DNA from: Planctomycetota bacterium
GTDB lineage: Bacteria; Planctomycetota; UBA1135; UBA2386
Length of the DNA stretch: 64,000 bases
NCBI GenBank assembly: GCA_965228735.1
Contig: OZ245838.1
Location: 2,272,001-2,336,000 of the forward strand
Reading direction: 5' to 3'
The translations under genes and the position numbers were made by a program. The notes below the pieces were generated by a model, which did no database searches, had not been told where the DNA came from, and saw only the letters and a list, made by a program, of their open reading frames with translations. Shown in pieces: positions 38,846 to 52,200 of this stretch (positions are counted from its first letter, which is position 1; each line of letters starts with the position of its first letter).

Positions 38846-40108
38846 CTACAGCCGGATCTCGACCGCGTTGCTCAGCGTGATGTCCGCGAGCTGGAGCCCG
38901 TCGATCGCGACGTGCTGCAGATACACAGACGCGCCGAAGAACGACACGTTCGTCGGCAGGCTGTGCCGCATGACGCCCGCCGCATCGGCCTGGACCGCGA
39001 TGCGGGTCACGGGGTCGAGATACTGCAGGCAGCCGGTCGTGCCGAGCAGCGGATCGAGGTTGAGCGGCGGGGTCAGCGGCTGGAACGCGATCGCGACGTT
39101 GCCGACCGCGTTCGGCCGATGCGAAGCGGTGACGGATACCACCGGGTTGCCGACGCCATGGATGGTCTCGGTGCGCAGCCACGGGGTGCCGTACGACGAC
39201 GAACACGGGTATCCGAACGTGCACGCCTGGCCATCGCCGGGCAGTCGCGCCACGGTGACGCCGGTCACGGCACCAGAACCGCCGGCGGTGCCGACGAGCG
39301 TCGGCCGCCCGGACGATCGATCGACGGCGAACACGCGCCCTTGCGACGTGCCCGTCAGAAACCGACCGCGGCTGTCGACGGCAATTCCGTTGGGGTCGGG
39401 GATCGCGGAGTTGGGCGCGATCAGGTCGGTGACGGATCCGTTCCCGTCCACGCGGACGAGTCGGTTGGCCGGCGCGCCGACCGCGGCGAGGACGTCGCCC
39501 GTGCACGGATCGAATCCGACGCCCGTCACCGAGCCGCCGAGCCCGTTCACCCACGCGACCGCGGTGCTCGCCCCGGCCGGCAGACGGAAGAGCGCACCGT
39601 TGCCGCCCGCGATGAAGTCGCCGGTCGCCGGATCGACGGCGCCCGCGTTGAGCCCGCCACCCCAGGGCTGCACGCCGATCGACACGGGCGTCACGGCGCC
39701 AGCCGCGTCGATCCGACGCACCTGACCGGCCCAGGCATCGGCGACCCAAACGTTGCCGAACGCGTCGAAGCTCATCTGCGTCGCGATCCCGATCGCGTTC
39801 GTGATCAACGTGTAGCTGACCGTCATCGGTGCCGTGACGCGCGCTTCGCCGACGAAGCCATAGCCGCCGATCAGGAACACGTCCGGATCGCTCGGTCGAT
39901 GCAGGATCGACTCGGCCGTGCCGGGACTGATCGTGCCGCCGAAGTTGGGCGTCACGGTGAGCGTCACCCGCGCACCGCTGCTGTCGAGGTAGGCCAGGTC
40001 CGACGTCGACGGCACGCACACCCCCACCCAATCGGACCGCATCGTCTGCGCGAACGCGCCGACGGAGCACAGTCCGACCGACGCCAGCAGGCAGACGAGT
40101 CGGGGCAT
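38846..40108 (-). CDS. Secreted NHL/SMP30-like beta-propeller with shared C-terminal domain
   Basis: Signal peptide; FDAFGNVWVAD, PNGIAVDSRG; tail FGYPC...GC...LP...GASVYLQ...SNA. Confidence 0.85.
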   Translation of the reverse strand: MPRLVCLLASVGLCSVGAFAQTMRSDWVGVCVPSTSDLAYLDSSGARVTLTVTPNFGGTISPGTAESILHRPSDPDVFLIGGYGFVGEARVTAPMTVSYTLITNAIGIATQMSFDAFGNVWVADAWAGQVRRIDAAGAVTPVSIGVQPWGGGLNAGAVDPATGDFIAGGNGALFRLPAGASTAVAWVNGLGGSVTGVGFDPCTGDVLAAVGAPANRLVRVDGNGSVTDLIAPNSAIPDPNGIAVDSRGRFLTGTSQGRVFAVDRSSGRPTLVGTAGGSGAVTGVTVARLPGDGQACTFGYPCSSSYGTPWLRTETIHGVGNPVVSVTASHRPNAVGNVAIAFQPLTPPLNLDPLLGTTGCLQYLDPVTRIAVQADAAGVMRHSLPTNVSFFGASVYLQHVAIDGLQLADITLSNAVEIRL

Positions 40109-40266
40109 GACGGGGTGGTGGAACGGTGGGTGGCGAGAGGCAGGAGCGGGGCAACGCCACCGCTCCCCGGGAAGCGCATTATTCAACAGGCAGGAGCGTC
40201 GTGCGACCCCACCCTTCCCGTGAATCTCGCAAGAAGGTCGGGTATGCACGGTCGCCCGAACGACCG

Positions 40267-41652
40267 ATGCGCATCCACCTGCTCCTCCCCGAAGTCCGCG
40301 AACTGCTGCAAGAGCAGCGAATGGAGGATCTGCAGGCCGTTCTGGCGGAGATGCACCCGACGGACGCCGCGGCGATCCTAAGCGGCCTCGAGGTCGACGA
40401 GCTCGCCGCGGTCCTGGCCGCCGTGCCGGCCGACCTCGAGCGTGACATCTTCCACTACCTCGATCCCGACGTTCAGGAACAATACGTGACAGGGGCCGGC
40501 CGCGAACGCGTGCGCGCCGTGCTCGTCGGGATGCTCAGCGACGACCGCGCCGAGTTCCTCGAACGCCTCGACGAACGCGTTCGCGACAGCCTCATTCCGC
40601 TGCTGCCGAGCGCGGCGCGCGAAGACCTCGTGCGGCGCGCGCCGTTCGAGGAGGACCAGGTCGGCTCGTTCCTCACGACCGACTACGCGATCCTCAACCC
40701 GGCGCTGTCCGTCGGCAAGGCGATCGCGGAGCTGCGGAAGCAGGCGCCGAAGAAGGAGACGATCTACTACAGCTACGTCGTCGATCGCGCCGGGCAGCTC
40801 ATCGGGTTCGTGTCGCTACGCGACCTCATCCTCGCCGACGACGAGACGCCGTTGCGCGAGGTGATGAAAACGGAGCTCGTGTCGATCAAGGCCGAGGCCG
40901 ACCAGGAGGAAGCGGCGCACATCATCCGCGACTACGACCTCCTCGCGCTGCCCGTCGTCGACGACCTCGGCCGCCTCGTCGGCATCGTGACGCACGACGA
41001 CGCGGTCGACATCGTCGAAGAGGAAGCCAAGGAGGACCTCGAGAAGATGGCCGGCCTGACCGGTCACGCCGAAGAAGGCGACTACGGCTACCTCGACGAA
41101 CCTGTTTGGCGACAGGTGCGACGGCGCGCGCCGGTGCTGTGTCTGCTCGCGCTGTTCGGGGTCGTGACGTCGGGCGTGATCGAGGGGTTTGCGGGCCAGC
41201 TGACCGAGATCTCGGCGATGCTCGTCGGGCTCATGCCCGTCGTCATGGCGACCGGGGGCATGGTCGGCACGCAGGCCAGCGCGCTGATCATCCGCACGCT
41301 GTCCGCCGGCGAGACCGAGTCCGGACCGTGGTTGCAGTTCATCTGGAAGGAGCTGCGAGTCGGCGGCCTGATGGCGCTCATCCTCGCCATCATCGCGCTG
41401 ATCGACTCGTTGATCGTCGGCTCCCTCACGAGCTCGGACGCGCTGTCCCGCATCGCCATCGTCGGCCTCGTCGTCGGCCTCGCGATGCTCGCGCACGTCA
41501 TCTCGGCCGCGCTGCTCGGCGCCTTCACGCCGATCATCGTCAAGAAGCTGCGCGGCGACCCGGCGATGATCAGCACGCCCGCCGTTACCGGCATCGCCGA
41601 CTTCACGGGCGCGGCGATCTACGTCGTGCTGATCACGGCCCTATTGTCCTGA
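40267..41652 (+). CDS. mgtE: Magnesium transporter MgtE
   Basis: MgtE_N, CBS pair (ETIYYSYVVD, YDLLALPVVD), TM domain with GGxxGTQ, DPA and D in TM5. Confidence 0.93.
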   Translation: MRIHLLLPEVRELLQEQRMEDLQAVLAEMHPTDAAAILSGLEVDELAAVLAAVPADLERDIFHYLDPDVQEQYVTGAGRERVRAVLVGMLSDDRAEFLERLDERVRDSLIPLLPSAAREDLVRRAPFEEDQVGSFLTTDYAILNPALSVGKAIAELRKQAPKKETIYYSYVVDRAGQLIGFVSLRDLILADDETPLREVMKTELVSIKAEADQEEAAHIIRDYDLLALPVVDDLGRLVGIVTHDDAVDIVEEEAKEDLEKMAGLTGHAEEGDYGYLDEPVWRQVRRRAPVLCLLALFGVVTSGVIEGFAGQLTEISAMLVGLMPVVMATGGMVGTQASALIIRTLSAGETESGPWLQFIWKELRVGGLMALILAIIALIDSLIVGSLTSSDALSRIAIVGLVVGLAMLAHVISAALLGAFTPIIVKKLRGDPAMISTPAVTGIADFTGAAIYVVLITALLS

Positions 41653-41693
41653 TCTGCGGCTGTCCTGATCTGCTGGCCGCCGCCGAACGGCCG

Positions 41694-43163
41694 TCAGCGA
41701 CCGTTCCCGGCGCCCGTGCCGAACGCGTAGAGCGCGGCATCCGTCCGCACGAACACGTCGCCGGCGACGACCGCGGGCGTCGCAAACAGCTTCTCGCCGA
41801 ACTCGACCTCGCGCACGACCTGCAACTCGTCCGCGGCTTCGAGCACGTAGATCGTCCCGGCGCTCGAACAGACGACCACATGGCCGTCGACGGCGACCGG
41901 CGTCGCGTAGTACTCGCTGGTGTCGCCGAGGCGCTCGCGGCGGAACACCGGCTCCCCGGACTTCGCCTGAAAGCAGCTCACCACGCCGCCGGCCTTGACG
42001 AGCCAGACGCGGCCGTCGTGCAGCAGCGGTGACGACACGTACGGAACGCCACGGCGCTGCTGCCACGTCACGTGGGTCTGGGTCACGTCCCCCGCGCCAC
42101 CGGCGCGGATCGCGACCGCGAGGTTCTTGCCCATGCGCGGGAACTTCAGCACGCTCATCCACTCGTCGATCGACAGCGCTCCGTCGCCGTCGGCGTCGAG
42201 CGCGCCGAACGCGGCCCGCACCCGACCCGCCGGCGCTTCGGCGAGCGAGATCGCCTCGTCGCCGTCCTTGTCGAACCGCCGCAACAACGCCGCGGGATCG
42301 CGCTTCTCCTCTTCGGTCAGCTCGACGGTCTCCTCCATGCCGTCCGTGAAGCGATCGACGCCCGCCGCAGCCGGCGTCGACCAGGCCGCGAAGTAGAGCT
42401 GCTCGGCATCGCCTACCGGCGTCGTGCAGACGAGCGGCGAGAGGCCTTCGACCCGCCACAGCTCCCTGCCCGTCTTCGGGTCGTGCCCCGCGACCGTGCC
42501 GGTGCTCGCGATCACGAGTTCGGTCCGTTCTTGATTGCGCCACACGTACGGCGTCGCGTGCGAATCGAACTGCCGAACGCGCGGCAGTTCCCAGGCGAGT
42601 TCGCCGGTCGCCTCGTGCAGCGCGTAGAGCCGCGCGTCGGGGCAGCCGTCGCGCAGCAGCACGACGAGATCGCCACACAACGTCGGCGACGAGCCGTAGC
42701 CGAAGTCCCCGTTCGTCTCGGGCAGGGTCTTCTCCCACGCCGGCTCGCCGTCGACCGTGCGGGCGATCAGACCGTGGGTCGGGAAGTAGCAGAACACGCG
42801 TTCGCCGTTCGTGCAGGGCGTCGGCATCGCGAAACCCGCGTCGACGTGGTCGAACTTGCGCGGTTTCGGGGCGGGCACCGCGTGCCGCCACAGCTCCTTG
42901 CCGGTCCGGCGACCGAGCGCGACCAGCACGAGCTCCTCGCCATCGAGACCCGTCAGGAAGATGCGGTCTCCGTGGATGCACGGCGACGACTTGCCCGGCG
43001 GCACCGGCACGCGGTAGCGCAGGTCGCGGTCGCGGTCGAACGTCAACGTCGTCGCACCGGCCGCGCGCGCCGAATCGCTGCCGAGGAACTGCGGCCAGGA
43101 ATCGGTCGGGTCCTGGGGTGACGCAAGGACGGCGGAGCCGACGAGGAGGCAAGACGCGAGCAT
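41694..43163 (-). CDS. PQQ-binding-like (BamB-like) beta-propeller with inserted EF-hand pair
   Basis: WPQFLG, SSP, TGKELW, PYVSSP, YYATP; DKDGDEAISLAE and DADGDGALSIDE. Confidence 0.88.
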   Translation of the reverse strand: MLASCLLVGSAVLASPQDPTDSWPQFLGSDSARAAGATTLTFDRDRDLRYRVPVPPGKSSPCIHGDRIFLTGLDGEELVLVALGRRTGKELWRHAVPAPKPRKFDHVDAGFAMPTPCTNGERVFCYFPTHGLIARTVDGEPAWEKTLPETNGDFGYGSSPTLCGDLVVLLRDGCPDARLYALHEATGELAWELPRVRQFDSHATPYVWRNQERTELVIASTGTVAGHDPKTGRELWRVEGLSPLVCTTPVGDAEQLYFAAWSTPAAAGVDRFTDGMEETVELTEEEKRDPAALLRRFDKDGDEAISLAEAPAGRVRAAFGALDADGDGALSIDEWMSVLKFPRMGKNLAVAIRAGGAGDVTQTHVTWQQRRGVPYVSSPLLHDGRVWLVKAGGVVSCFQAKSGEPVFRRERLGDTSEYYATPVAVDGHVVVCSSAGTIYVLEAADELQVVREVEFGEKLFATPAVVAGDVFVRTDAALYAFGTGAGNGR

Positions 43164-43295
43164 CGCGGGATTGCAGGGCCCGACGCTACGAGATGCAACT
43201 CCCGGACAAGCAACCGTCGCGGACCGGTATCGCCGGGTCGGTTTGCGACTTCCTCGGGAACGAAACGGCTAGACTGACGTCTACGGAGAGTGCTC

Positions 43296-44582
43296 ATGCA
43301 GACCCCAGCCAGGACGTTCGCGACGCCCCTCGTCGCCTTCCTCGTGACCGCGCTCGCCGCGACGGTGCCGGCCCAGGACCGGCCGCCATCGGGGCGCAAG
43401 CTCGACGATCTCGTGAAGCAGTTCCTCGCCGCGGACGCGCGGACGGCCGCCGGCTTCCGCGAGCAGCAGGAGATCCTCGCGACGATCGCACGCGTGCCAA
43501 AGCTGAAGGCGCGCGACGTGACGGCGTGGAAGAAGAAGCTCGACAAGTTCCACGGCAAGGGCCAGAAGATCGAGAAGAGCGGCGACAACCAGTTCTTCGA
43601 GGACGGGACGGGCCGCTACATCGTCGGCGGCTACCGCGGCAGAAAACCCAAGGGCCTCGCGATCGCGATGCACGGCGGCGGGGTCGGCTCGGGCGACGCG
43701 GGCCCGGCCGCGGCGTCCTACGGCCCGGCGCTGAACTCGATCGGCTACGTGATGATCGCGCCCGAGGTGCTGCAGCGGACCGAGTGCGGCTGGACCGACT
43801 CGGGCACGGAGGAGTTCGTGCTGTCGCTCGTCGACTGCGCGCTGCGCACGTGGAAGATCGACCCCGATCACGTGATCTTCGTCGGGCACTCCATGGGCGG
43901 CTACGGCAGCTGGACGCTCGGCGCGCACCACGCCGACCGCGTCGCGGCCGTCGCGCCGAGCGCGGGCGCGCCGACGCCGATCCGCCGCGCGCCGGGCAGC
44001 CCGATCATCGACGTGATCGAGGGCGTGATCCCGTCGCTGCGCAACGTCTACGTGTCGTGCTTCCAGAGCACGGACGACCCGCAGGTCCCGCCGGGACCCA
44101 ACCAGTTCGCGACCAAGGCGCTCGCGGCGGCGAAGGAACGCTGGGGCGGGTTCGAGTTCGAATACTGGGAAGTGAACGACCGCGGCCACGGCGCGCCACC
44201 CGGCGGCCACAAGGCGCACGTCGAGAAGATCGCGGACAAGGTGCGCAACCCGGTGCCCGAGCGCATCGTCTGGCAGCCCGTGCTCGAGTGGAAGCGGCAG
44301 TTCTACTGGCTCTACTGGGAGAAGCCGGTCAAGAACGCCGTGCTCACGGCCGACCTCGATCGCGAGACCAACAGCGTGGCGATCACGTGCGAGCAGAGTA
44401 CGGACGGACTGCACGTGCTGCTCGACGACCGCGTGCTCGATCTCGGCAAGGAGATCGTCGTGACGGTGAACGAGCAGGAGACGTTCCGCGGCAAGGTCGA
44501 GCCTGACCTGCGGACGCTCGTGCTGACGAGCTGGCATCCCGATCCGGGGCTGCAGTTCGTCGCGATGGCGAAGGCGCACTGA
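43296..44582 (+). CDS. Secreted alpha/beta hydrolase
   Basis: Signal peptide; MHGGG, GHSMGG nucleophile elbow, DDPQV, GH. Confidence 0.85.
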   Translation: MQTPARTFATPLVAFLVTALAATVPAQDRPPSGRKLDDLVKQFLAADARTAAGFREQQEILATIARVPKLKARDVTAWKKKLDKFHGKGQKIEKSGDNQFFEDGTGRYIVGGYRGRKPKGLAIAMHGGGVGSGDAGPAAASYGPALNSIGYVMIAPEVLQRTECGWTDSGTEEFVLSLVDCALRTWKIDPDHVIFVGHSMGGYGSWTLGAHHADRVAAVAPSAGAPTPIRRAPGSPIIDVIEGVIPSLRNVYVSCFQSTDDPQVPPGPNQFATKALAAAKERWGGFEFEYWEVNDRGHGAPPGGHKAHVEKIADKVRNPVPERIVWQPVLEWKRQFYWLYWEKPVKNAVLTADLDRETNSVAITCEQSTDGLHVLLDDRVLDLGKEIVVTVNEQETFRGKVEPDLRTLVLTSWHPDPGLQFVAMAKAH

Positions 44583-44663
44583 GGGGCGCCGGCGGGCGTC
44601 AGCGGGGGCGGAGCGACGCGCACGCGCGAGCGTCGCCCTCGGGCAACCGCAGCCGTACGGCTG

Positions 44664-45425
44664 TCACGATCGGATCTTCGCGCGGTTGAACTCGCGGTTC
44701 AGGTCGGCGATCACGCGCACCGGGATCTCCTTCGGGCACGCGGCTTCGCACTCGTACTGGTTGGTGCAGTTGCCGAATCCTTCCTTGTCCATCGTCTCGA
44801 CGAGGTTGATCGCGCGGCGTTCGCGCTCGGCCTGACCTTGCGGGAGGTGCAGGAAGTGCGAGACCTTGGCGCCCGTGAAGAGCATGGCGCTCGCGTTCTT
44901 GCACGCCGCGACGCACGCGCCGCAGCCGATGCAGGTCGCCGCGTCGAACGCCCTGTCGGCGTCGGCCTTCGGCACCGGCATCGCGTTGGCGTCGACGGCC
45001 GCACCGGTGTTCACCGACACGAACGCGCCGGCCTGGACGATCCGGTCGAACGCGCTGCGATCGGTGACGAGGTCGCGCACGACGGGGAACGCCTTGGCAC
45101 GGAACGGCTCGACGTAGATCTCCGCGCCGTCCTGGAAACTGCGCATGTGCAGCTGGCACGCGGTCGTGCCGCTCTCGGGGCCGTGCGGCCGACCGTTGAT
45201 CGCGAGGCTGCACGTGCCGCAGATGCCTTCGCGGCAGTCGTGATCGAACGCGATCGGCTCCTCACCCTTCTGCGTCAGCTGCTCGTTGAGCACGTCGAGC
45301 ATCTCGAGGAACGACATGTCGGGTGACACGTCGTTCAACTCGTAGCGGACCATGCGACCGTCCTGGCCGAAGTCCGACTCGGTGCTCGGGCGGGACTGCC
45401 GCCAGACATGTAGAACGACTCTCAT
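44664..45425 (-). CDS. sdhB: Succinate dehydrogenase/fumarate reductase Fe-S subunit
   Basis: [33 protein letters not shown]. Confidence 0.96.
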   Translation of the reverse strand: MRVVLHVWRQSRPSTESDFGQDGRMVRYELNDVSPDMSFLEMLDVLNEQLTQKGEEPIAFDHDCREGICGTCSLAINGRPHGPESGTTACQLHMRSFQDGAEIYVEPFRAKAFPVVRDLVTDRSAFDRIVQAGAFVSVNTGAAVDANAMPVPKADADRAFDAATCIGCGACVAACKNASAMLFTGAKVSHFLHLPQGQAERERRAINLVETMDKEGFGNCTNQYECEAACPKEIPVRVIADLNREFNRAKIRS

Positions 45426-45434
45426 GATTGCTCC

Positions 45435-47350
<1,916 letters not shown>

Positions 47351-47354
<4 letters not shown>

Positions 47355-48043
47355 GCCTGCCCCCCGACGAGCCCCGTGAGAACGGCCAGAACGAGGAAGA
47401 TGTTGCCGCCCGTGATGAGCACGGCAACGGCGGTGGAAGCGGTCTTGATCATCGGGGTATAGCGGTCGTGATTGAGCCCGAGCGTCTGCGCCAGGCTCTG
47501 CACGCCGTGCGTGAGGTGGAAGAACAGCACCACCTGGAACGCGATGTAGGCGAGGGCGATGCCCGGCACGGAGAAGCCCGCGACGACCATGCCGTAGACG
47601 TCGTGCCCGCCGCTGCTCGTCTCCAGCGAGAAGTGGCCGGGGTTGGTCACGCCGAGCGTGAAGTGCAGCAAATGGTAGATGACGAACACGAGCGTCGAGA
47701 GGCCCGTGAAGACCATCGAGCGCGACGCCAGCGAGGCCTGGATCGTCGTCTCGCGCGCATACGGCACCGGGCGCGCCGCGCGATTCTGGCGCGCGAGGCG
47801 GATGCCCGTCACCACGTGCAGCACGAACACCGCGAGCAGGCCGAGGCGGGCGGCCCAGAGCAGGGCGCCCTTGCTCTTCAGGAACGCCGCGTAGTCGTTC
47901 ATCGCGTCCGCGCCCTGCAGCAGCAGCAGGTTGCCGAGCAGGTGCGCGACGAGGAAGCCGAACAGCAGCAGACCGGTGATCGCCATCGTCACCTTGCCGC
48001 CGATCGAGCTCCGCCAGCCGTCCAAGAGCCACGTCATCTTCAT
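47351..48043 (-). CDS. sdhC: Succinate dehydrogenase cytochrome b subunit (diheme type)
   Basis: [13 protein letters not shown], five TMs with His ligands (AHL, LHV, YHLLH, FHLTHG). Confidence 0.95.
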
Positions 48044-48135
48044 CGCTGAAGGAGAATCGGGCGGGACGCGGCAGAAAGCAACTGTGGGAATCGAGCGCCG
48101 CGGCGATCGCGCGGCAGCCGACGAGCGAATTTCGC

Positions 48136-48170
48136 CGAAGTCGACGGTAAGGCGAAGTCGACGGTAAGGC
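48136..48170. repeat. 17-bp perfect tandem direct repeat upstream of sdhC
   Basis: CGAAGTCGACGGTAAGG twice (48136-48152, 48153-48169). Confidence 0.9.
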
Positions 48171-48184
48171 CGCACGGCCGACTG

Positions 48185-49249
48185 CTACGGCAACCGCAGC
48201 AGCGTCACGTTCCCCGAGAACCCGACCACGACGATCTCACGCGTCGTCGGATCGCCGTCGAGCTCACCGCTCGTGGCGTGGTGCAGCGCGTCGGTGTCCA
48301 GCTCGGTGTGCACGGGCAGCCACCTCGACTCGTCGCCGTTGCTCGCGAGCACCGTCAGCCGTTTGGCGTAGCCGACCGTGACGGCCTCGCGCCCCGGCAG
48401 CTCGGGATCGAGGTCGGCGAGCACCGCGCCGCGCAGCTTGAGCTCTTCCCGATGGATCGTGTCCTGCCGGCCGTCGCGAAAGAAGTGCAGCGTGCCGTCG
48501 TCGCAGCAGAACAGCAGCGCGTCGCCGTCCGCACCGATCCGCGCGACGCCGGTGTCACCCTCGAGCAGCAGCTTGGCCGCGAGCTCGCCGCCGACCGGAC
48601 GACACAGGTGGATCGCGCCGTCGGAGCCGCCGACGGCGACGCCGCCCTGGAACGGCGTCGCGCACTTGCCCGGTCCGGAGATCCTCGCACTGCCGAGCTC
48701 GCGCCACGCGCCGCCCGAATACACCACCTCGCGCACCCGGTTCGAGAAGCCGGCGACCCACACCTCGTTCCCGGCCGCGTTCGGATCGGCATCGGCGACA
48801 CACACGCCGTGCAGCAGGCGCGCGTCGTCGGCGATCTTCTGATGCCGCCACGCGCCGGCCTCGTTCCACACCGCGTACGCGGCCCCGGGCGCGGTCTCGT
48901 CCTCGGCGCCGCGCAGCATGCCGACCGCGATGATCTCGTCGCCCGGGATGTCGGGCCGGACGTCGCCCGTCGTCACCTGGATCATCTCACCGGGCAGCGT
49001 CACGGCGACGACCGCGTCCCAGTAGACGCCGTCGGTCGAACCCATGACCCAGACCTTGCCGTCCGTCGCGGTCGCGACGATCTCGTTCCCGGGCCACTTC
49101 TGCGACACGTCGCCGATCGCGCAGCCACCGAGGCCCGCATCCGCGCGCAGGATGACCGAGCTCTGCCAGTCCGCGGTGAGCGGCGCCGTGCCGCACGCGG
49201 CCAGAAGCAGGAGAAGAACGAGAGCGAGCGGAGTTCGCGCCTGAGTCAT
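48185..49249 (-). CDS. Lipoprotein with degenerate FG-GAP-like propeller repeats
   Basis: Lipobox [40 protein letters not shown]. Confidence 0.85.
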   Translation of the reverse strand: MTQARTPLALVLLLLLAACGTAPLTADWQSSVILRADAGLGGCAIGDVSQKWPGNEIVATATDGKVWVMGSTDGVYWDAVVAVTLPGEMIQVTTGDVRPDIPGDEIIAVGMLRGAEDETAPGAAYAVWNEAGAWRHQKIADDARLLHGVCVADADPNAAGNEVWVAGFSNRVREVVYSGGAWRELGSARISGPGKCATPFQGGVAVGGSDGAIHLCRPVGGELAAKLLLEGDTGVARIGADGDALLFCCDDGTLHFFRDGRQDTIHREELKLRGAVLADLDPELPGREAVTVGYAKRLTVLASNGDESRWLPVHTELDTDALHHATSGELDGDPTTREIVVVGFSGNVTLLRLP

Positions 49250-49268
49250 TGGGAGAGAGTTGCAGCCG

Positions 49269-52200
49269 TCAGTTGCCCAGCACGACCTGCAACGCGCCCG
49301 TCGTCGAGAACGCGCCGAGGATGCCACCGCCCGCGTCGACGATGGCCCACTGGTAGAAGAGATTGAGCCCGAGATAACTCGGATCGCTCGGAATCGCCAT
49401 GCCGGCGCCGCCGTACCCGCTGGCGTCGGTCACGAGCGAGAGCCCGGGCAGGGTCGGGTTGGCGACGTATTGCCGGCACCCGGGCGCCCAGTAGATGCTC
49501 GCGGGCGCGAACGAGATGACCTGCAGCGCGAAGCTGAGCGGCGCCGCGTCGTCGACCGTGATCTGAAAGCCCGCGTTGCCGAGCTGCGGCAGCCCGACCG
49601 TACCGATGATCGGCGCGCCGTTGGTGCCGTCGCAGGGCTCACCATAGGGCAGCACGAACGCGACGCCCGCGGTCGTCGGGTCGTAGATCCACGGCTCGCT
49701 GCCGACGACGCCGTCGTTGCACGCGAAGTAGACGACCGCGCCCGCGTCGTAGAAGTCGGAGAGCTCGGCCGCGCCGCGCCCCGGCGGACCGAAGTTCGTC
49801 ACCTTCGTCGTGCCGGCAGCCGTGCCGTTGCTGATCCACAGTTCGAGCCCGTCCTGCGGCGAACCCGCGCCGAACAGCAGCTGCGAGCCGCCGAGCACCG
49901 CCGTCAACGTGCCCGACACGACGCCGTCCGCCTCGCCGGGGCCGATGTCGAGCACCATCTGGGTGCCCGCCGTCGTGCCGTCGCTGAACCACAGCTCCGC
50001 GCCGCTGCCCGTGCCGTCGTCGGAAACGAAGAACAGTCCGAGGTTGGTCCAGGTGAGCTCGGTGTAGGCGTGGAAGAGCCCAGCGCCCCACGTCGTGATC
50101 TGGTGCGTGCCGGCCGCCGTGCCGTCGGAGAACCAGATCTCGCGCGAGCCCCCGACCGTCGCGGTGAAGTAGACGCCGTTGGCAGCCGCCGTCACCTCGA
50201 GCGGCGTGCCCCCGCCGACGCCGGGCACGAGGTCGGCGACGAGCACCGTGCCGGCCGCCGTGCCATCGCTGACCCAGAGTTCGTTGCCGGTGCTGCCGTC
50301 GAACGCGCGGAAGAACACTCGGTCACCGACCGCCGTGAACTGGCTGACGTTGGACGATGCCGCGCCGGGTCGGATGTCGACGAGCAGCATCGTGCCGGCC
50401 GCCGTGCCGTCCGTCACCCACGGCTCGCGCCCGTGCGTGCCGTCGTCGGCCGAGAAGAACACGAGGTCAGAGACCGGCGTGAAGTCCTCCGCCAGCAGGC
50501 CGATGCTGTTGCCCAAACCCGGCTTGATGTCGAGCAGCTCGAACGTGCCGGCCACGGTGCCGTCGCTGACCCACGGCTCGCGACCACTCCCGCCGCTGCC
50601 GCCCGCGTTCCCCGAGAAGACGACGAGATCGCCGAACGCGGTCATGCCCCGCGGATCGTAGTTGTTCGCGAGCGTGGTCAGCTGCAGCGTGCCCGCGGTC
50701 GTGCCGTCCGTCGCGAACAGCTGGCGGCCACCGCTCGTGTTGCCGGAGAAGAACGCGGTCGCGCCCGTCGACGCGAAGTAGTCGGGGTTGGAACCGAACG
50801 AGCCGGCATAGACGTCCGCCACGATCCCCGTTCCCGCCGGCGTGCCGTCGGTGATCCACGGTTCGCGCCCCGACGAGTTGGAGCCAGCCGCGAACAGCGT
50901 CAGCCCGTTCACCGTCACGAACTCGTCCGGGAACGAGCCATCGAAGGGCGGCGAGCAGTCGGCCAAGAGCGCCGTGCCGGGCAACGTCCCGTCCGTGATC
51001 GCCGGTTCGTCACCGGCGTTGCCGACGAGGCCCGCGAACAGCACGTTGCCGGCCAGCTCCGTGATGGCGTCGGGATGGGTGCCGAAGACACCGGGCGCGA
51101 GGTCCGCGACGAGCACCGTGCCGGCGGCCGTGCCGTCCGTGCGATGGAACTCCGTGCCGAGGCTGCCGGCGTTGGCCTGGAACCAGAGCTCGTTCCCGAT
51201 CTGCCCGAACCCCTGCGGGCTCGAGTGCGCGCTGCCCGGGTTGATGTCGATCAGCAGCTGCGTGCCCGCGACGGTCCCGTCGGTGTGCCACAGCTCACGG
51301 CCGTGCACGCTGTCGTCGACGGAGAACAGCACCTCGCCCTGCCACGCGACGAAGTGGCCGACGAAGCTGTTGCCGACCGGGTTGATGTCGACGAGCTGCG
51401 TGCCCGCCGCGGTCCCGTCCGTGAGCCACAGTTCGCGGCCGTTCGTGCCGTCGTCCGCGGCAAACACCGCGAACGCACCGGCGTCGAGGAAGTCGCTGGC
51501 CGTCGAGCCGAGCGTGCCCGGCTTGAGGTCGCCGAGCAGCACCGTACCGCTCGCCGTCCCGTCGCTGAAGTACGGTTCCCGACCGATCCCGCTGCCGTCG
51601 TCCGCGACGAACAGCACGCCGTTGCCGAACGGCGCGATCGTGTTGATGATCGTGCCGCCGGTGGGATCGAGGTCCGCGACCATCGTCGTGCCGGCGACCG
51701 TACCGTCACTCCGCCATAGCTCCGTGCCGTGCGTGCCGTCGTTCGCCGCGAACCAGATGTGACCTGGCGTCACGACGAGCTGATCGACGTTGCCGCTCGC
51801 GAGGCCGGGGTTGACGTCGACGAAGAGCGTCGTTCCCGCCGTCGTTCCGTCGGTCCGCCACAGCTCGATGCCGTTGCTGCCGTCGTTGGCGCTGAAGTAG
51901 ACGTAGTTGCCGAGCCGCACGAGGCCCGAGATCGCCGCCGAGGCCCCGGGCCGCACGTTCTTCACGAGCACCGTCCCCGCCGTCGTGCCGTCGGTCTTCC
52001 ACAGCTCGACGCCGAGACCCGGCACGTTCGCCGCGAACAGCAACTCGGCGTTGAGCTCGACGAAGTCCGTGGGATTGCTGGAACCGGCCGGGTTGAGATC
52101 GGACAGGATGTGCGTGCCCGCCACGGTGCCGTCGGTGACCCACGGTTCGCGCCCGAACGGCCCGTTGGGTGAGAACACCGCGACTCCGCCGAGGACGTGG

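Noticed and set aside
49800..52150. Regularly spaced nucleotide repeats (GTGCCGTC...) resembling a CRISPR array
   Set aside because: They are degenerate codon-level repeats of ELWxxDGT units; no identical repeats with unique spacers and no cas genes.
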